Assembly (NCBI GenBank): GCA_030248215.1
Contig: JASANG010000440.1
Span: forward strand, 434,001-498,000
DNA: 64,000 nt
Source: Enoplolaimus lenunculus
Lineage: Eukaryota
Direction of reading: 5' to 3'
Made by a program: the position numbers and the translations under genes. Of this stretch, positions 1 through 12,232 are shown one piece after another (the first letter of the stretch is position 1; each line of letters starts with the position of its first letter). A model generated the notes under the pieces. The model searched no databases. It was not told the origin of the DNA and saw only the letters and a list, made by a program, of their open reading frames with translations.

Positions 1-358
1 TCGGAACTCGTTTTGAATCGGAATTCTAATCGGAATCGGAATTCAATTCGACTGCGCCAAAGTCACAATTTCAACTCACACAAGTCGCTCAGTGAGTCGA
101 ATTGGAGTCTGGCACAGTCGAATTTGACTCAGTTTGTGTAGTCTGGAAAAGCCTATTTCGGAGAGATTCTACTTGACTCACCATTTTTTGCAGTGCACTC
201 GTAATATTTGCAGACTCGAAAAACGCAATTTCATAGGCTGCAAATAAACTTGCATACGCAATCTCGCTCGATATCCTCGCAAAAACGTTTATAAACAAAG
301 TCTCCACCCCCCGAACATGAAATCACGGCTTCAAGCACTGGTCGCAAGCGAAACTTAC

Positions 359-3177
359 ACATCTGATGTATCGAGAAGGCAAACCAAGTGGTCGAAGCCA
401 TCAACGCGAAGCGTTTGTTGCAGTTCAGCAATCACTTGACGCAACGTTGAATCTGCGTCAAAATGCATGGGAAACGTGTCGATCCATAACCTGAAACAAA
501 CGATCAAACGATCCATCGTCAGTCCACGTCGGGACTTCAGAGCTAAACTGGGGCTTAGGATCCCGAGTTAAGCGCTCAACCCCTGCGTCACGCAGTCCGC
601 CTCTCCAACTACTTTTTTTCATCGACTATATTTGTCGAAACGTACGCTGTCGGCAAGCATACCATACAATGTACATTGCATATATTGCATATGCACCAGG
701 ACATGCAGGTCTCACATGCTTACAGACGTGACAACTCGAGTTTAGTTTCAACGCAAGTTGACATTTTTAGATTTGTAGCTTTGGCTTTAACTCGAACGAT
801 CTCATTGACCATCAATCTATAGATTGAAAAAGGCAAACCATTAAATATATACTGGCTGGACAGAGTCGGATCCCCAAAAATTTCCGACGGGGGGTGACGC
901 CCCTCCCCCAGCCCCCCCTCTGGAACCGCTAGTGTGGCCGGCTTCACAGAGACACGACTAAATCCAATTTCAACTCAAATGTCGAGATTTTACTGAAATT
1001 TTAAGTTTTGAAACTGAACCAAAACATTCCAAGGGGGGTTAAAATTTTTGTTGGAAGTAATGAATTTGCTCACCTCTGCCTCTGTCCGTGGGCCTGTAAA
1101 ACGCAATCAATAAGTAAACATTACCGTATAGCGTGGCACAACTTGAACCGATAATTATAACTAAGACAACGCATGGTAGTATGATCACACGAGTTAGTGT
1201 CCAGTTCCACTGTTGACCTGGGGGTCGCGTCTCTCTGACCGGCACCAACCCCACCTGTTGTACCCGGAGGTCCAACTGTGATCCCGTAAGGCTGACACGT
1301 AGTTGAAGGTCCGTTACTGTGATATAAATCAATAAATATCCGTCCAAACTCCGACGAACAAATGTACCATTGTGATATGAGAAATAACGTTCGTGGAAAC
1401 GCCGATTGGGCCACAATTTCACCCGAATCATCTAAAAAATAAAATAAAAACATTTTCAAATTAAAATTTAAATGTTAAAATTTACTGACAAAAATTTATT
1501 TTGTTTAAATTTAAGAAACAAATTAAACTTTCGGCCTGTGCTAACTATACAAGCGTCTAAGCACTAGTTTACGCCTAAACCCAAACCTAGGTCTAAGCCT
1601 AAGCGTAAGCCTAAATGTAGGCTTTATACCTCATCTTAAACCTGAGCCTAAGCCTACCAGAGTGAAACATAGTAAGTAGTGCGTTTGGGTCAACTTTTTT
1701 GCATTCCTTCCAAGATGTTTTGAGAGAAAATAGAGTAACTAGAAATTTTTTACTGTACGTATAATTTGCATTAACCAATATAATATTGATTTAGGGTGTC
1801 TGTTGGCTGGCAACAGTTTTCATAAACGTTACATGAACAAAGTGACGATGATTTTTGGCTCTGTAAAGCTGAACTACACCTATTATTGATAAGTTAACTC
1901 ATCGAAAGCAATTTAATAGATAAACGATGCAGAGTTTTTATGCAACATGTCACAACAAATAGAATTAAAATTAAAATTTAAAAATTCCGATTCCGATTGA
2001 TTGTGCAACCGGAATCGGAATCGGAATTGAAACTCGTTTTGAATCGGAATTCCGGTTGCACTCTGGTTTGGTGATTTCCAAAGCCATAGAGCCATTAAAA
2101 AGGCTAAGGCTTAGGCTTCAGAACAAACTTACCTAAATCTAAACGTAAACCTTTGCGTAGGCGTTTGCCTAAGCTTACACCTAAGACCAAGCCTACGCCT
2201 TAACCATAAATGTTCGAGGAAGTATGCAAGCGCCTTCCGCCTTGTATTCGCTATGACTTACCAAAACACCGGATACAACAATCGACCAGCGCTTCAATGC
2301 TGACCGATTGCAGTCCAAGCCGTTTCAGTTCGCTTTGATCCAAGCCTCCGCAACCAGGAGTCTGGGATCCGGCTCCGTTTCCAAGCTCACAGTGATGATG
2401 ATGATAATGATGATGATTATGATGATATTCAGACGACTCTTGATCCGGAGTCATAATGGTGCAAGCCAGAGACGCTGTCGCACGTCCTCCTGGCATGAGA
2501 CAAGCCGAAGCTGGAGTCGCTGCTGTTCTAGTTTCTTCTGACAGCATACGAGGAGGAGCTAATCGGCAATCGCGGCGTGTTATTGACCACGCCCCTCCTA
2601 CACCTCCTCTTCCTGATGTGATTGGAGGCGCTGATACGTCACCACAGCCGCCACCAGCGAATACTGTGTTTTGATTGCATGACGATGACGTCATTGTCGG
2701 CCTCGATGACGAATTCGACCAATCACCAGCAGCGATGACGTCATCGATCGTTGTTGGTGGTGAATCAATGACGTCATCATCGTCCGCAAATACTGACGGT
2801 ATATCCAGCGGCGATAACGGCGGAGGAGGTGGTGCTCGCGGTGAAACCGGAGTAGAAACCCCAGGAGCAGAGGATTCTAGTTGTAAACCGGAGGGACCGG
2901 GTACTCGCGGTGTTGATGCAGACACCTGAGATTGAGAAGGTAGCGAACAAGGTGGATCAGGGATATCGATCATACATGGTGTAGTACTCCTGGCCGATTG
3001 TCGGACGGAAGGTGACGCCTGTGTCCATTGGTTACAAACAGGAGGGCAAGATTCTTGTTCCCGAGGGGTTATACAATTATTATTACCGTTGCTGTGCGTA
3101 CGGTTTTTGTTACAATCGCCGCTTGGAGGTTGGCCCAGGAGGCATTTATGCTGCGAAGATACGCGAATACGTGACAT
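359..3177 (-). CDS. RasGRP (Ras guanyl-releasing protein / CalDAG-GEF) family GEF, 5' portion (REM domain); gene continues beyond the left edge
   Basis: Exons 2262-3177 (5' end uncertain), 1125-1431 and 359-490 join with GT-AG in phase (1, then 2). Spliced peptide: ...LQSVSIEALVDCCIRCF|DDSGEIVAQSAFPRTLFLISQWYICSSEFGRIFIDLY...FKLCHAIR|LWIDTFPMHFDADSTLRQVIAELQQTLRVDGFDHLVCLLDTSDV. This resembles the RasGRP REM domain as I recall it (SLDDLIDSCIQSFDADG...LKICYFVRYWITEF...LIDTT). Confidence 0.82.
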
Positions 3178-3460
3178 TGGCGACAAATATGGGTAGATTT
3201 TTTGTGGGATTTTATTTAAATCAGCATAATACTACAGCTTAATAGCAGGTTATTTGATTTTGTCGGCATTATGAAAGCTAACACCGTCAGCTATGTGGAC
3301 AAGATTATCATATTTTTCCTAAAAAATATATCTTCTACAAAGTAAATGAAAGTCAGCAGGTAACGTAGAAACGGACAAAGCACACTTTTTATTGGCGAAC
3401 CTAATAAACTGAATTGGTGGGGTTTAAGCACCAAACACGACAGAAATATTGGTATATTAA

Positions 3461-3722
3461 CCCTCTCACTCATAGAGTATACTATGAGCAACTAAATACA
3501 ATAATGTACGAGCAATACACACACTGTGAGCAGTGTTTAACATTTATAACATATGCGCAGTGGAAACTCGCCACAAGACGTGTGGGCCCCACTCGGGCTC
3601 GAGCATCAAGCTCCTATAGCTCAGTGGTCATCGTAAACGCCTCCCACGCGTGAGACTGGGGTTCAAATCTTACCTTGAAATTTACACTTATATGAAATTG
3701 AAAATATTCATGTGAGAAAGGG
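3461..3722. mobile_element. piggyBac-like MITE carrying a tRNA-Gly-derived segment
   Basis: TTAA|CCCTCTCAC...GTGAGAAAGGG|TTAA. Interior 3610-3675 has A-box and B-box-like motifs and CGCCTCCCACGCG. A second copy lies inverted at 51101-51363. Confidence 0.7.
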
Positions 3723-4560
3723 TTAAGATTAACAGTGCATTGAGATGCCTTAATAAGGTACTGTTTTAATAGAAATCAATACAAATGTGTACTCGGATGT
3801 CTGTTTCCGTGTCCGTTATAGAAATACCGGAAATTGTGTTATTTATATTTTCATATTGACTTGTAAATCATTTATAATCGCATTTAATTTTTTTAACACA
3901 AATATGCCGCAATTGTTCGATTTGAAATGAAAATGACGAAATATATTAAAAATTATATAAACATTTTTATAAATACTTTCGTTGATTTTCTTAAACTTTT
4001 AGAAATACGGACTTATACTAGCATGCCATATGTGTATATATTAGCAAGAACTAAAACATCGTTAACTTTTATACCATTAATTTGCGGTTTCTGTGCTCGC
4101 TATTAACGCCCGGTTTAATACCCTAGAATACGGATTCAGATTAACGATCCCTAAAATCCACTATCAGTATAAGCGGCTTACCGACTTTGAGTGAACAAAA
4201 TTAGCTTAAAAACTTTGTGTATTCGACTTTAGATCTGACAATCCCACTACTCGGGTATTTCAGAAATCGAGCAATATTTGAAAATTCATCTTAAACCGGA
4301 TAAAGTTGGATCCGATTATCACCAAAAATGAAAATTTCTCAAATAAGGTTCATATGCCGAAGATTAAACACCTTTGAGCTCCCGTGTGAAAATTGGATTT
4401 CCACGTTGAAATAGTGAATTACTTGACAATTTTGTTATAGAAATATTAACCTAACGATATATTTCATGCAGATGACAGGCAAAAATAATAACTCTGAACG
4501 CTTGAACTGCAGCAAAGGGTACGCAGCCAAGCGCGTTACCGCGACAGCCTAAAGCAAGTG

Positions 4561-4775
4561 CCCGTATACTCAAATGCATATAGCACCGATCACCAGTTTG
4601 GTCCTCAAACTACCGAACTGCTGCAACTACAGATCTTAACATTTGCACATTCGTTGAGTATAAAAATTGAATGTAATAAATGTGCTGGATTTGAAACCTC
4701 ACCATTCCATGGTTCGAAAGTTGGACGACCTATTACCAACTGGTAATAGCTGCTACACACATTTGAGAATACGGG
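4561..4775. mobile_element. MITE family with CCGTATTCTCAAATGTGTGTAGCA TIR
   Basis: CCCGTATACTCAAATGCATATAGCA...TGCTACACACATTTGAGAATACGGG; relatives at about 19560-19752, 30215-30393 and 48142-48538. Confidence 0.7.
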
Positions 4776-5099
4776 TTAAGACTTGTGCTGCAATTATTTT
4801 GATTTATTTTTCAAGTTAAAATTAGCTAAAATTTCAAGCCAGCTCAAGTCACCCATAGATCACACCAACGATAATTAGTTGAATTTTTGAAGTTAGACAA
4901 TAGATCAATTGAAATACGAACTAACATTCTTATAAGATCAACTGGAGTCCCTTTATATCCACGTTTCCCTTCAATGAACATTGCAATAAGAAAATCAGAC
5001 ATTTCAATTGGTTCCTTGCTCAGTATTCTCGACGGTATGAAGTATCAATTTCAACTCGGCAACACGACGAGTAATTTTCAAAGCATCGATTCAAAAATG

Positions 5100-5337
5100 G
5101 ACCCATGTAAAGATCAGGGGCGGAACGTTTTTCTGTAGGACTACAATAGAGTAAGCTCAAGATTTAGAGTAATTTTTTGCTTGGTTTAGGCTTAGGTTTA
5201 GGCTTAGGAATAAACTCATTTTCGCGCTTTGGTTTAGGCTTTAGGCTTAGGCTTAGGAATATGGTCATTCTTGCGCTTATGCTTAGGTTTAGGAATGTGC
5301 TCATAGTACTGTTCCGCCCCTGTTCTTTACATTGGCC
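5100..5337 (+). mobile_element. TTAGGC-carrying MITE (subfamily 1)
   Basis: TIRs GACCCATGTAAAGATCAGGGGCGGAAC / GTTCCGCCCCTGTTCTTTACATTGGCC; exact 8-bp TSD CAAAAATG; internal TTAGGC arrays. Confidence 0.9.
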
Positions 5338-5438
5338 CAAAAATGTTAAAAAATTTTCCGTACGTTTGAATATTTTGTGCTTACCGAAAATAGCATACTT
5401 TTATGTAAAATCATCATCGACTCCTTGTTTGACAACAG

Positions 5439-5635
5439 GGCCCATGTATAGAACAGGGCGTAACAATAATATAAGCATTTGCCTAAGCCTAAGCCGTAGT
5501 AGCGTAAGAATGATTGTATACAAAAGCCTAAGCCTGAAGCAAAAAAATTAGTCCAATGCTGATACTTCGCAGTCCCGCAGAAAAACGTGCATAAGGGCTG
5601 TGATAAGAGGGTGACGTGGCGCCCCAACATTGGTC
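5439..5635 (-). mobile_element. TTAGGC-carrying MITE, degenerate copy in opposite orientation
   Basis: Left TIR GGCCCATGTATAGAACAGGGCG and GCCTAA repeats; right end degraded; no TSD seen. Confidence 0.6.
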
Positions 5636-5699
5636 AAAGCCGACGAACATTTTTTCTGCATAGTTTGCATAATGTTTCGGGAATTTTTCTGAAAAATGT

Positions 5700-6360
5700 T
5701 GAAAAAATTGCGCTTCGCGCATATCAACTAAGCACACGTTTTGATGGCATTTTCAGCGTGTAATCTTTTGGTTTCCAGCTTATCCCTGTGAATAAGTACC
5801 TGCAGGGTTACCTAAAGGTGGTTGGATTTTGAAAATTGCTGCATATTTGAGCTTTTCATTACCTCCCTTGGTCATCCCGCGACGAAAGTTGAGTTTTTGG
5901 ATTTATGTGGTCCCATTCCATTATCCTTCTTTGAGACACAAAATTTTTTGTTCAAAAGTTAGACAAATTATATACCATTCGACGTAGCTTGTGAAGCTCA
6001 GAGTTTAATTGTGTTAAATAATTCACAGTCAGAGTCGGTTAACCATGGTCAAATAACTGATTATTATAACTCGGTAACCAGGCGGGTTGTTGATTGCAGA
6101 AAATTTAACACAGTTCAACACAGCTCCACAAGCTGCGTCGAATGCTACATAATTTGTCTAATTTTTTAACAAAAAATATTTTGGGTCCCGGTGGACGACC
6201 GCTGGACCACAAAATCAAATTTTCAAATATCCAAATTTGGGCGCGGAATAACCTGGGGAGGTTATGAGACGCTGAAATAGCAGAAATTTTCAAAATCCAA
6301 CCATCTTTATCGAACGCCGGTTGAAAGGCATCACAAAGCCATCCAAAAAATTGGGCATGC
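5700..6360. repeat. Long imperfect inverted repeat (foldback remnant)
   Basis: 5941-6020 matches the reverse complement of 6103-6185; 5817-5852 matches the reverse complement of 6271-6305. Confidence 0.65.
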
Positions 6361-7321
6361 GACACCCGTAGATTTTTGATATCACCGCTTCTGGTTCCGC
6401 CTTTGATCTTTTACACGGGTCGAAAAAAGATTTAAAAATTTCAAACAACAGGTGGTATTTTCAACTGAGCGTAGCATTTATCGTAGTTCAAGCGAACAAA
6501 CTCCGACAGGCGTTCACCTAAACTCGACGTAGTAGCGAGAAAACGTTGAACCAAAATTGTGCTAAAGTTATTAATCTGAAAATCGGTAGAATGATCAATT
6601 GCAAATCGTGTAATAGGTGCTACACACATTTGAGAATACGGTACGAACAAATAAAACTAATTTTCCAACTGACAGCTAAACAACATTTGATTTAGCCTCA
6701 AGGTTTCCTAGACAACTGTTTCGGTGCTTTAACAGCTGTCCTGGTGATCTGCTAACGTATCCTAGACACTGTGTCTAGACTTCAAAAATCCTAGACAGTG
6801 GTCTATCGCGAATGTCTCGAACCATGCTGAGTTTGAACATTATTTGCTCATTAAAGCTGAACAGCGTCGTTGTTTTTTTGAAGTTCAATTTATTGTCAGA
6901 ATCAAAAGAACCGGTGGAACAATTGAATTGAACGAGAGCAGTTTCAGGTAGCACCCAGGAACATGTTCAGTCGCCAGAGCGGGAGGGGGGGGGTGGGGGC
7001 AAGAGACGGGTTCAGCCCGTTTAAAAATTCTTGGTCACCGCCAGCAAAGTTTTAAACTCGCTTTAAAGATACCTAAAATCGTTGCGTTTAAAAATAACTT
7101 AACCTCCTTAGCAAGTTGAGTTAACTCGACCTGCTCTTTGCAGTCAACATTTTAACCAATCCACAATTGTATATTTGATCTGACAGTAGTAGCGAATTCA
7201 AGAGATTCAAATGGAACATTGGTGTTTTGAAATTTGAACGAATCACAGCAAATGTTTTAATATTTTAACAATAATCTATTTCGCCAAACCAGTAGTCGTT
7301 GTTTGCGTTGTTGTACCTCGC

Positions 7322-7476
7322 GGCCAAACTAAAGAACAGGGGCGGAACAGTATTATAAGCATATTCCTAACCCTAAGCCTAAGCCTAAGCCTAAGCAAAA
7401 ATGTAATCTAGAATCTAAACCTACTCTTTTATAGACCCACCAGAAACCTGGACGCCCCTTAACAGTAATATGGGCC
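7322..7476 (-). mobile_element. Chimeric TTAGGC-carrying MITE (one subfamily-1 end, one subfamily-2 end)
   Basis: Left end GGCCAAACTAAAGAACAGGGGGCGGAAC; core of about four GCCTAA units; right end GGACGCCCCTTAACAGTAATATGGGCC. The flanks do not match. Confidence 0.7.
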
Positions 7477-8419
7477 AAAATTTGTAATGATCGCGGGGGT
7501 GCTTGCATATAAAGCAACAGATTCTTGGTGGGCGAAGCGTGTTTTAGAAACCAAACGCAATTATTGTAGCACTAAAATAGAAATAATTTGTCTGGTGGTT
7601 ACTTCACAACCCAACACCCCTCCCTGTTTCTAGAGCTGCCATTGAATTCCACTTTGTTCCCTGCTGTAAAGCCAGTACGACACAAACAACGAATACAATC
7701 TCACATTAGGGACATTTTCAATGGAGGCTGTTCTAGAAATCATATTTCTTTTTCCGAAATGTCACGAAAGCCAATAAAAAATTACTTTTGTCTTCAGAAT
7801 ACCCTTCTGGATCTTAGAAATCCATAAGAGGTTATTCGATACGGAACTGAATTCCTCATTGCGACCCCCCCCCAGGGCAACATCCCATTGTTTTAAAAGC
7901 CAACTCGTGCAAAATTGTCGCGATATTACGTAATGCAACTCGTTGTGAGCAGTTAACGTCACCATAAAAATACTACAATTCAAGTTCACAATTATCGTGT
8001 GAGAATACTATCCCGATAGCTATTTATCTGTATTATTAAAGCTGGAACGCCACACATACGTATTTGGGCATCGTTCGAAGACAGTAGCAAACTTTGTTTT
8101 TAACAATATACAGATCGTTCTACAAAGGATTTAGTGTACCTATTAATTTATTAAGCGTAATTCTGCTCAAGGAAACCGCGTATTGGTTAACGAATGCCTT
8201 CTTTGACATAGTGTATTCAGTGTGGAACCGTATAAATGTCCAGCACATCAGGAAAGTTGCACCTGGCTGCAACTAACGGTAACTAGTAATTTATGTGTAA
8301 ATTCCTTTGTCTCAGTTACATTTAGTCATTGATAGAAATTCGAGACTGCTGTCATTCCAGGTTGGAACCGGGACTCCAGACCACCCAACTAAGCAGCAGG
8401 AAACGACAGGCATACACAG

Positions 8420-8484
8420 ATGGCTCGAACTAGCGACGTACAGATCCTACTCGGTGAACGCTCTACCATTGCGCTACGCAGCCT
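8420..8484 (-). pseudogene. tRNA-derived (SINE-head-like) sequence
   Basis: Minus strand GGCTGCGTAGCGCAATGGTAGAGCGTTC...GATCTGTACGTCGCTAGTTCGAGCC has A and B boxes; a related copy lies at 34672-34735; no good cloverleaf. Confidence 0.5.
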
Positions 8485-8611
8485 GCGGTTCCTGGCACTT
8501 TTTTATAAACCATATGTGTCGGCACGTTTGCTACCAACAAGCATATAGCGTAATGCATTTTTTCATATGCACAAGGACCAGCATGTCTCACATGATTACA
8601 CCCCACTTGGC

Positions 8612-8961
8612 GTCAGGCTACAGCCTTATCTGGAATTTCAACTGAGGTTGAAAAATCAATGTATCCTGTAGGTAAAAGTAGTTTGTGCATAAATTCACTT
8701 AGTCTAACTAACCTTTAGTTAACAAAAATGATGTTTTCTTTGAACGGCTATATGCCCACCACCGTTGAGTCAGGCTACAGCCTTGTCTGGAATTTCAACT
8801 GAGGTTGAAAAATCAATGTATCCTGTAGGTAAAAGTAGTTTGTGCATAAATTCACTTAGTCTAACTAACCTTTAGTTAACAAAAATGTTTTCTTTGAACG
8901 GCTATATGCCCACCACCGTTGAGTCAGGCTACAGCCTTGTCGGGAATTTCAACTGAGGTTG
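8612..8961. repeat. Tandem duplication, ~155-bp unit x2.3
   Basis: GTCAGGCTACAGCCTT...AATTTCAACTGAGGTTGAA recurs at about 8612, 8769 and 8923. Confidence 0.9.
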
Positions 8962-9199
8962 AATAATGTGTTCTATAAATGGGGACTTGTTAGTGATGTG
9001 ACGAAATGTAAATTTTGAAAAAAAAGCTTTTGAAAAACAAGAATTTTTCCGACCGTGAAATAATTGATTGCTCCTGTGTCGCTCGTGTAACTGAGATATT
9101 TTGACAATTTGTCTGTTTTGTTTTGTTTGCTGTGGTTGACAATTCTAAATCCAGAATGCAACGAGAATTAACTGTGCACGTCAGCTGGCATGTGAATGT

Positions 9200-9560
9200 A
9201 GAGAGTGAAGTGAGAGCCGAGGGAAGAACAGAGCGAGAAAGAGACAGACAGAGAGAGAGAACGAGAGAGTCAGAGAGAGAAAGAGACAGAGAGAGAGAAA
9301 GAGAGAGAAAAGACAGAGAGAATAAAACGAAAGACACTTAGAAGAAGCAAGAGACAGAGAGCTGGAAGACAAACAGAGACAGACACAAAAATGAAAACGT
9401 CAGCACAGAGAGAATAAAAAAGAGAATAAGACAAGAAGCGAGAGACAAAGAGACAAATCGAGAAAAAGCGAGAGACAAAGAGACAAATCGAGAAAAAGCG
9501 AACAAAGATAGAATACAGCAGTGACCGTGAGGGACAGAGAGAATGAGAGAAAAACGAAAA
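9200..9560. repeat. GA-rich degenerate microsatellite
   Basis: GAGA/GACA runs, including a 30-bp duplicated unit. Confidence 0.85.
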
Positions 9561-11375
9561 CAGGCATTTCAATATCAATCGCACCCCCATTTACCATAAT
9601 TGCGGTAAAACCGTTGAAACCAACGTTTTTCATTTTGTTGAGAGGGCCCTAATTATGCCATTCTACGAAAAATAGAGACGAGCGAAAACAGTGTGGAAGA
9701 CCAGTGCCAAATTCACCAATTTCTATCAAAATGCAACCGCGATAGGCAAATTAGTGAAAAAATGTTCGCGATCAAAGCTAACGAAAAACCAAACAAAATT
9801 TTAGCACTAAATCTTAATACAAAATTTTGCTTTTGATTCCTGTTGGGGTGGCTATAATCTGGGCAGACCTCAATGGGATCCGCCATCGAGAATGACCCCC
9901 TCTGGGATACACCATCGAGAATGACGTAGACCCCTCTGGGATACGCCATCCAGAATGACGCTAAAAAAGAGCTACAAATGACAAACTCAACGAACAAATT
10001 TGACTAAAATCCAAATATTTTAAACTTGTATTTCGTTTTTGTGGTTTTTATTTGCTATTTTAGTATTTTAAACAGTTATAGCAAAAATTCAACGTTTCAG
10101 CCTGTATAGCATTTCCAGTTGCAGACAGTCTCGAGGGGGTGGGTGCTATCCACAAATGTAAGAAATTTTATCAGTGTGGGGGTAATTTGAAAGTTGGTTG
10201 CAAAAATGTTTGCCTGCATTCGTTGTTGTTTGCTCTACCAATTCAGAAATTGTAACCTGATAGAGAAGGGAAGGCCGTTAGGTTTACATTTAAGCTTAGG
10301 CTGAGGCTTAGTCTTAGTCTTAGGTTGGGGATTAGGTTTAAGCTCAGACCCGTAGCCAGCTCACCTTGTTAAAAAATTTTCCGGAGAGGCATTTAAAGGT
10401 TTTCAATGACTTAACACGCAAGGTTGAAAATCTGGAAGCCAAAAACTTTCCAGCGCGGGGGTCTGAACCCGACTGGCACCCCCTGGCTACGGCCCGCTTC
10501 TTAAATTAAGTGAGTTGGCCGTTGAACTGTCATAATGAAAAAGGCGTTGAAACAGAAAGTTGATAAATCGCTGATGCAACTTCCACAATATCATGCGTAC
10601 TTAATTTTGACGTACCAGTGTCATGGACACTAAATACTTTTTGGCTTCTTTATCCTGGATACGGAAGCTTTTGGCTGTAATGTCCGTCACACTACCCATC
10701 GTCGCCCAAAAGTTACCTGGTGTACGCATAACATAATATTGTGGTAGTTGCTGGGTCAAAAAGTGTTGTCAATTTCCGCTTTCTGTTCACACCAAAATGC
10801 TTACTTAACTTAGCTGGTGTCGGAAATTCTTGTATAAAAGGATATACGGAACTAAAAGAATTTTTGACACAATGTCAATAGGACCAAGTTGTGGATCAGT
10901 GACCAACGAAACAGCCATCAGAAAGGAAAATCGTTGGATTAAAAAATTGAAATATCTTTCTTCAAGCCCGGTGCGACAACAACTGTAGTAACCCGAATAA
11001 GAACGGGATAATAAGAGGACTGTCCCATTTTTAGATAAATAAATAGGAATCGGTATCCTTAGTTACATTCCGCAAGTGGATGGAGTCCATAAATCCTAAT
11101 TACAGTTCCTAAAAAGACCAAAGTTTAATTTACCACTAAAACTGAAGATGCGTCTAATGAAAAATAGTTTATTTTATATATTTCGACGCGCCGAGTTCTG
11201 CGCTACTATTGTTCATTAGTCGGGTGTGACACTACTCGTATGAGAAAAATTGTTGCTAGTTTCTTCAACCCACACCGGAAATTGTGGGCATAAACCTTTG
11301 TGCAAAATTTGCAAAAATAATCGTGCAGACAGTTCAGCTCGAACAACGAGTATTTTACTATGATTTACAAGTGTG

Positions 11376-11709
11376 GACCCATGTATAGAACAGGGCGGGT
11401 CGTTTTCCGAAGGTGCTAAAATAGAGTCAGTTTAAGCTTTAGACTCATTTTTTGCTTAGGCTTAGGCTCAGGCTTAGGCTTAGGCTTAAGGTAGGCTTAG
11501 GCTTAAGCTTAAGCTCAGGGTTTGGCTTAGGCTTAAGCTTAAGCTTAGGCTTTTAGGCTTAGGTATGGACTCATTCTTACGCTTAGGTTTAGGCTTAAGC
11601 TTAGGCTACGGCTTAGGCTTAGGCTTAGGAATAGGCTCATCCTTACGCTTAGGCTTACGCTTAGGAATATGCTTATACTACTGGTCTCGCCCTGTTCTAT
11701 ACATGGGCC
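11376..11709 (+). mobile_element. TTAGGC-carrying MITE with long hexamer arrays
   Basis: TIRs GACCCATGTATAGAACAGGGCG / CGCCCTGTTCTATACATGGGCC; exact 8-bp TSD CAAGTGTG; more than 20 TTAGGC-like units. Confidence 0.92.
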
Positions 11710-12232
11710 CAAGTGTGGCGAAAAATTTTCTAAATGTTTTAGGGGCCCCACATAGGCTTGTGGTCTTCAGTCGTTCTTGACGCGGTTACGTATTTTAAAC
11801 GATGACGTAGGGGGGACACCAGCATCATAAACTACAAACTACTTATTAACCAATTACATTTTCATACGAAAACCTACTAATATCGAAATTTTACCAAAAC
11901 CGAAATTTGATACCCTGGAAAGTCTTTGTTATACGGACCAGATCGTCATCATATGAGCTCGAAATATGCGTTTAACCAGGAAAAAATTATGGCTCACAAA
12001 GACAATAGTGAAAGTCGACGACCTTGGAGTTAAATTGATCCTGGAGTTTAAACCAAAAAAATAGACCCCAAATGTAGCAGTAGGCGCTAGGCGGATAAGC
12101 AACGTGTGCTGGTACATTTTGTTTCATACAAAAATATCGCAAAGTTGTATACTCTTGTCGAAGAATAATCGTCGGTTATTGGTATACAGACCCACAGCCA
12201 ACTCCGTAGCAAGAAATTGGAAGCATAGAGTA

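Noticed and set aside
2308..3242. Plus-strand ORFs opposite the RasGRP exon (also those opposite SLC35D-like, TMEM68 and NFS1 exons)
   Set aside because: Antisense shadows of real coding exons.
3610..3675. Functional tRNA-Gly gene
   Set aside because: Acceptor and T stems do not pair well and the sequence lies inside a repeated MITE; treated as tRNA-derived.
5177..5551. ORFs rich in LGLGLG / LRLRLR / KPKPKP (also 11545-11780, 16149-16406, 59902-60249)
   Set aside because: These are translations of TTAGGC hexamer repeats inside MITEs, not genes.
8990..9633. Overlapping SLSL / ERER ORFs
   Set aside because: Artefacts of the GA-rich microsatellite.
11455..11665. True telomere or telomere-fusion site
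   Set aside because: The arrays are short, interrupted, and enclosed by TIRs with an 8-bp TSD, so they are interstitial and element-borne.
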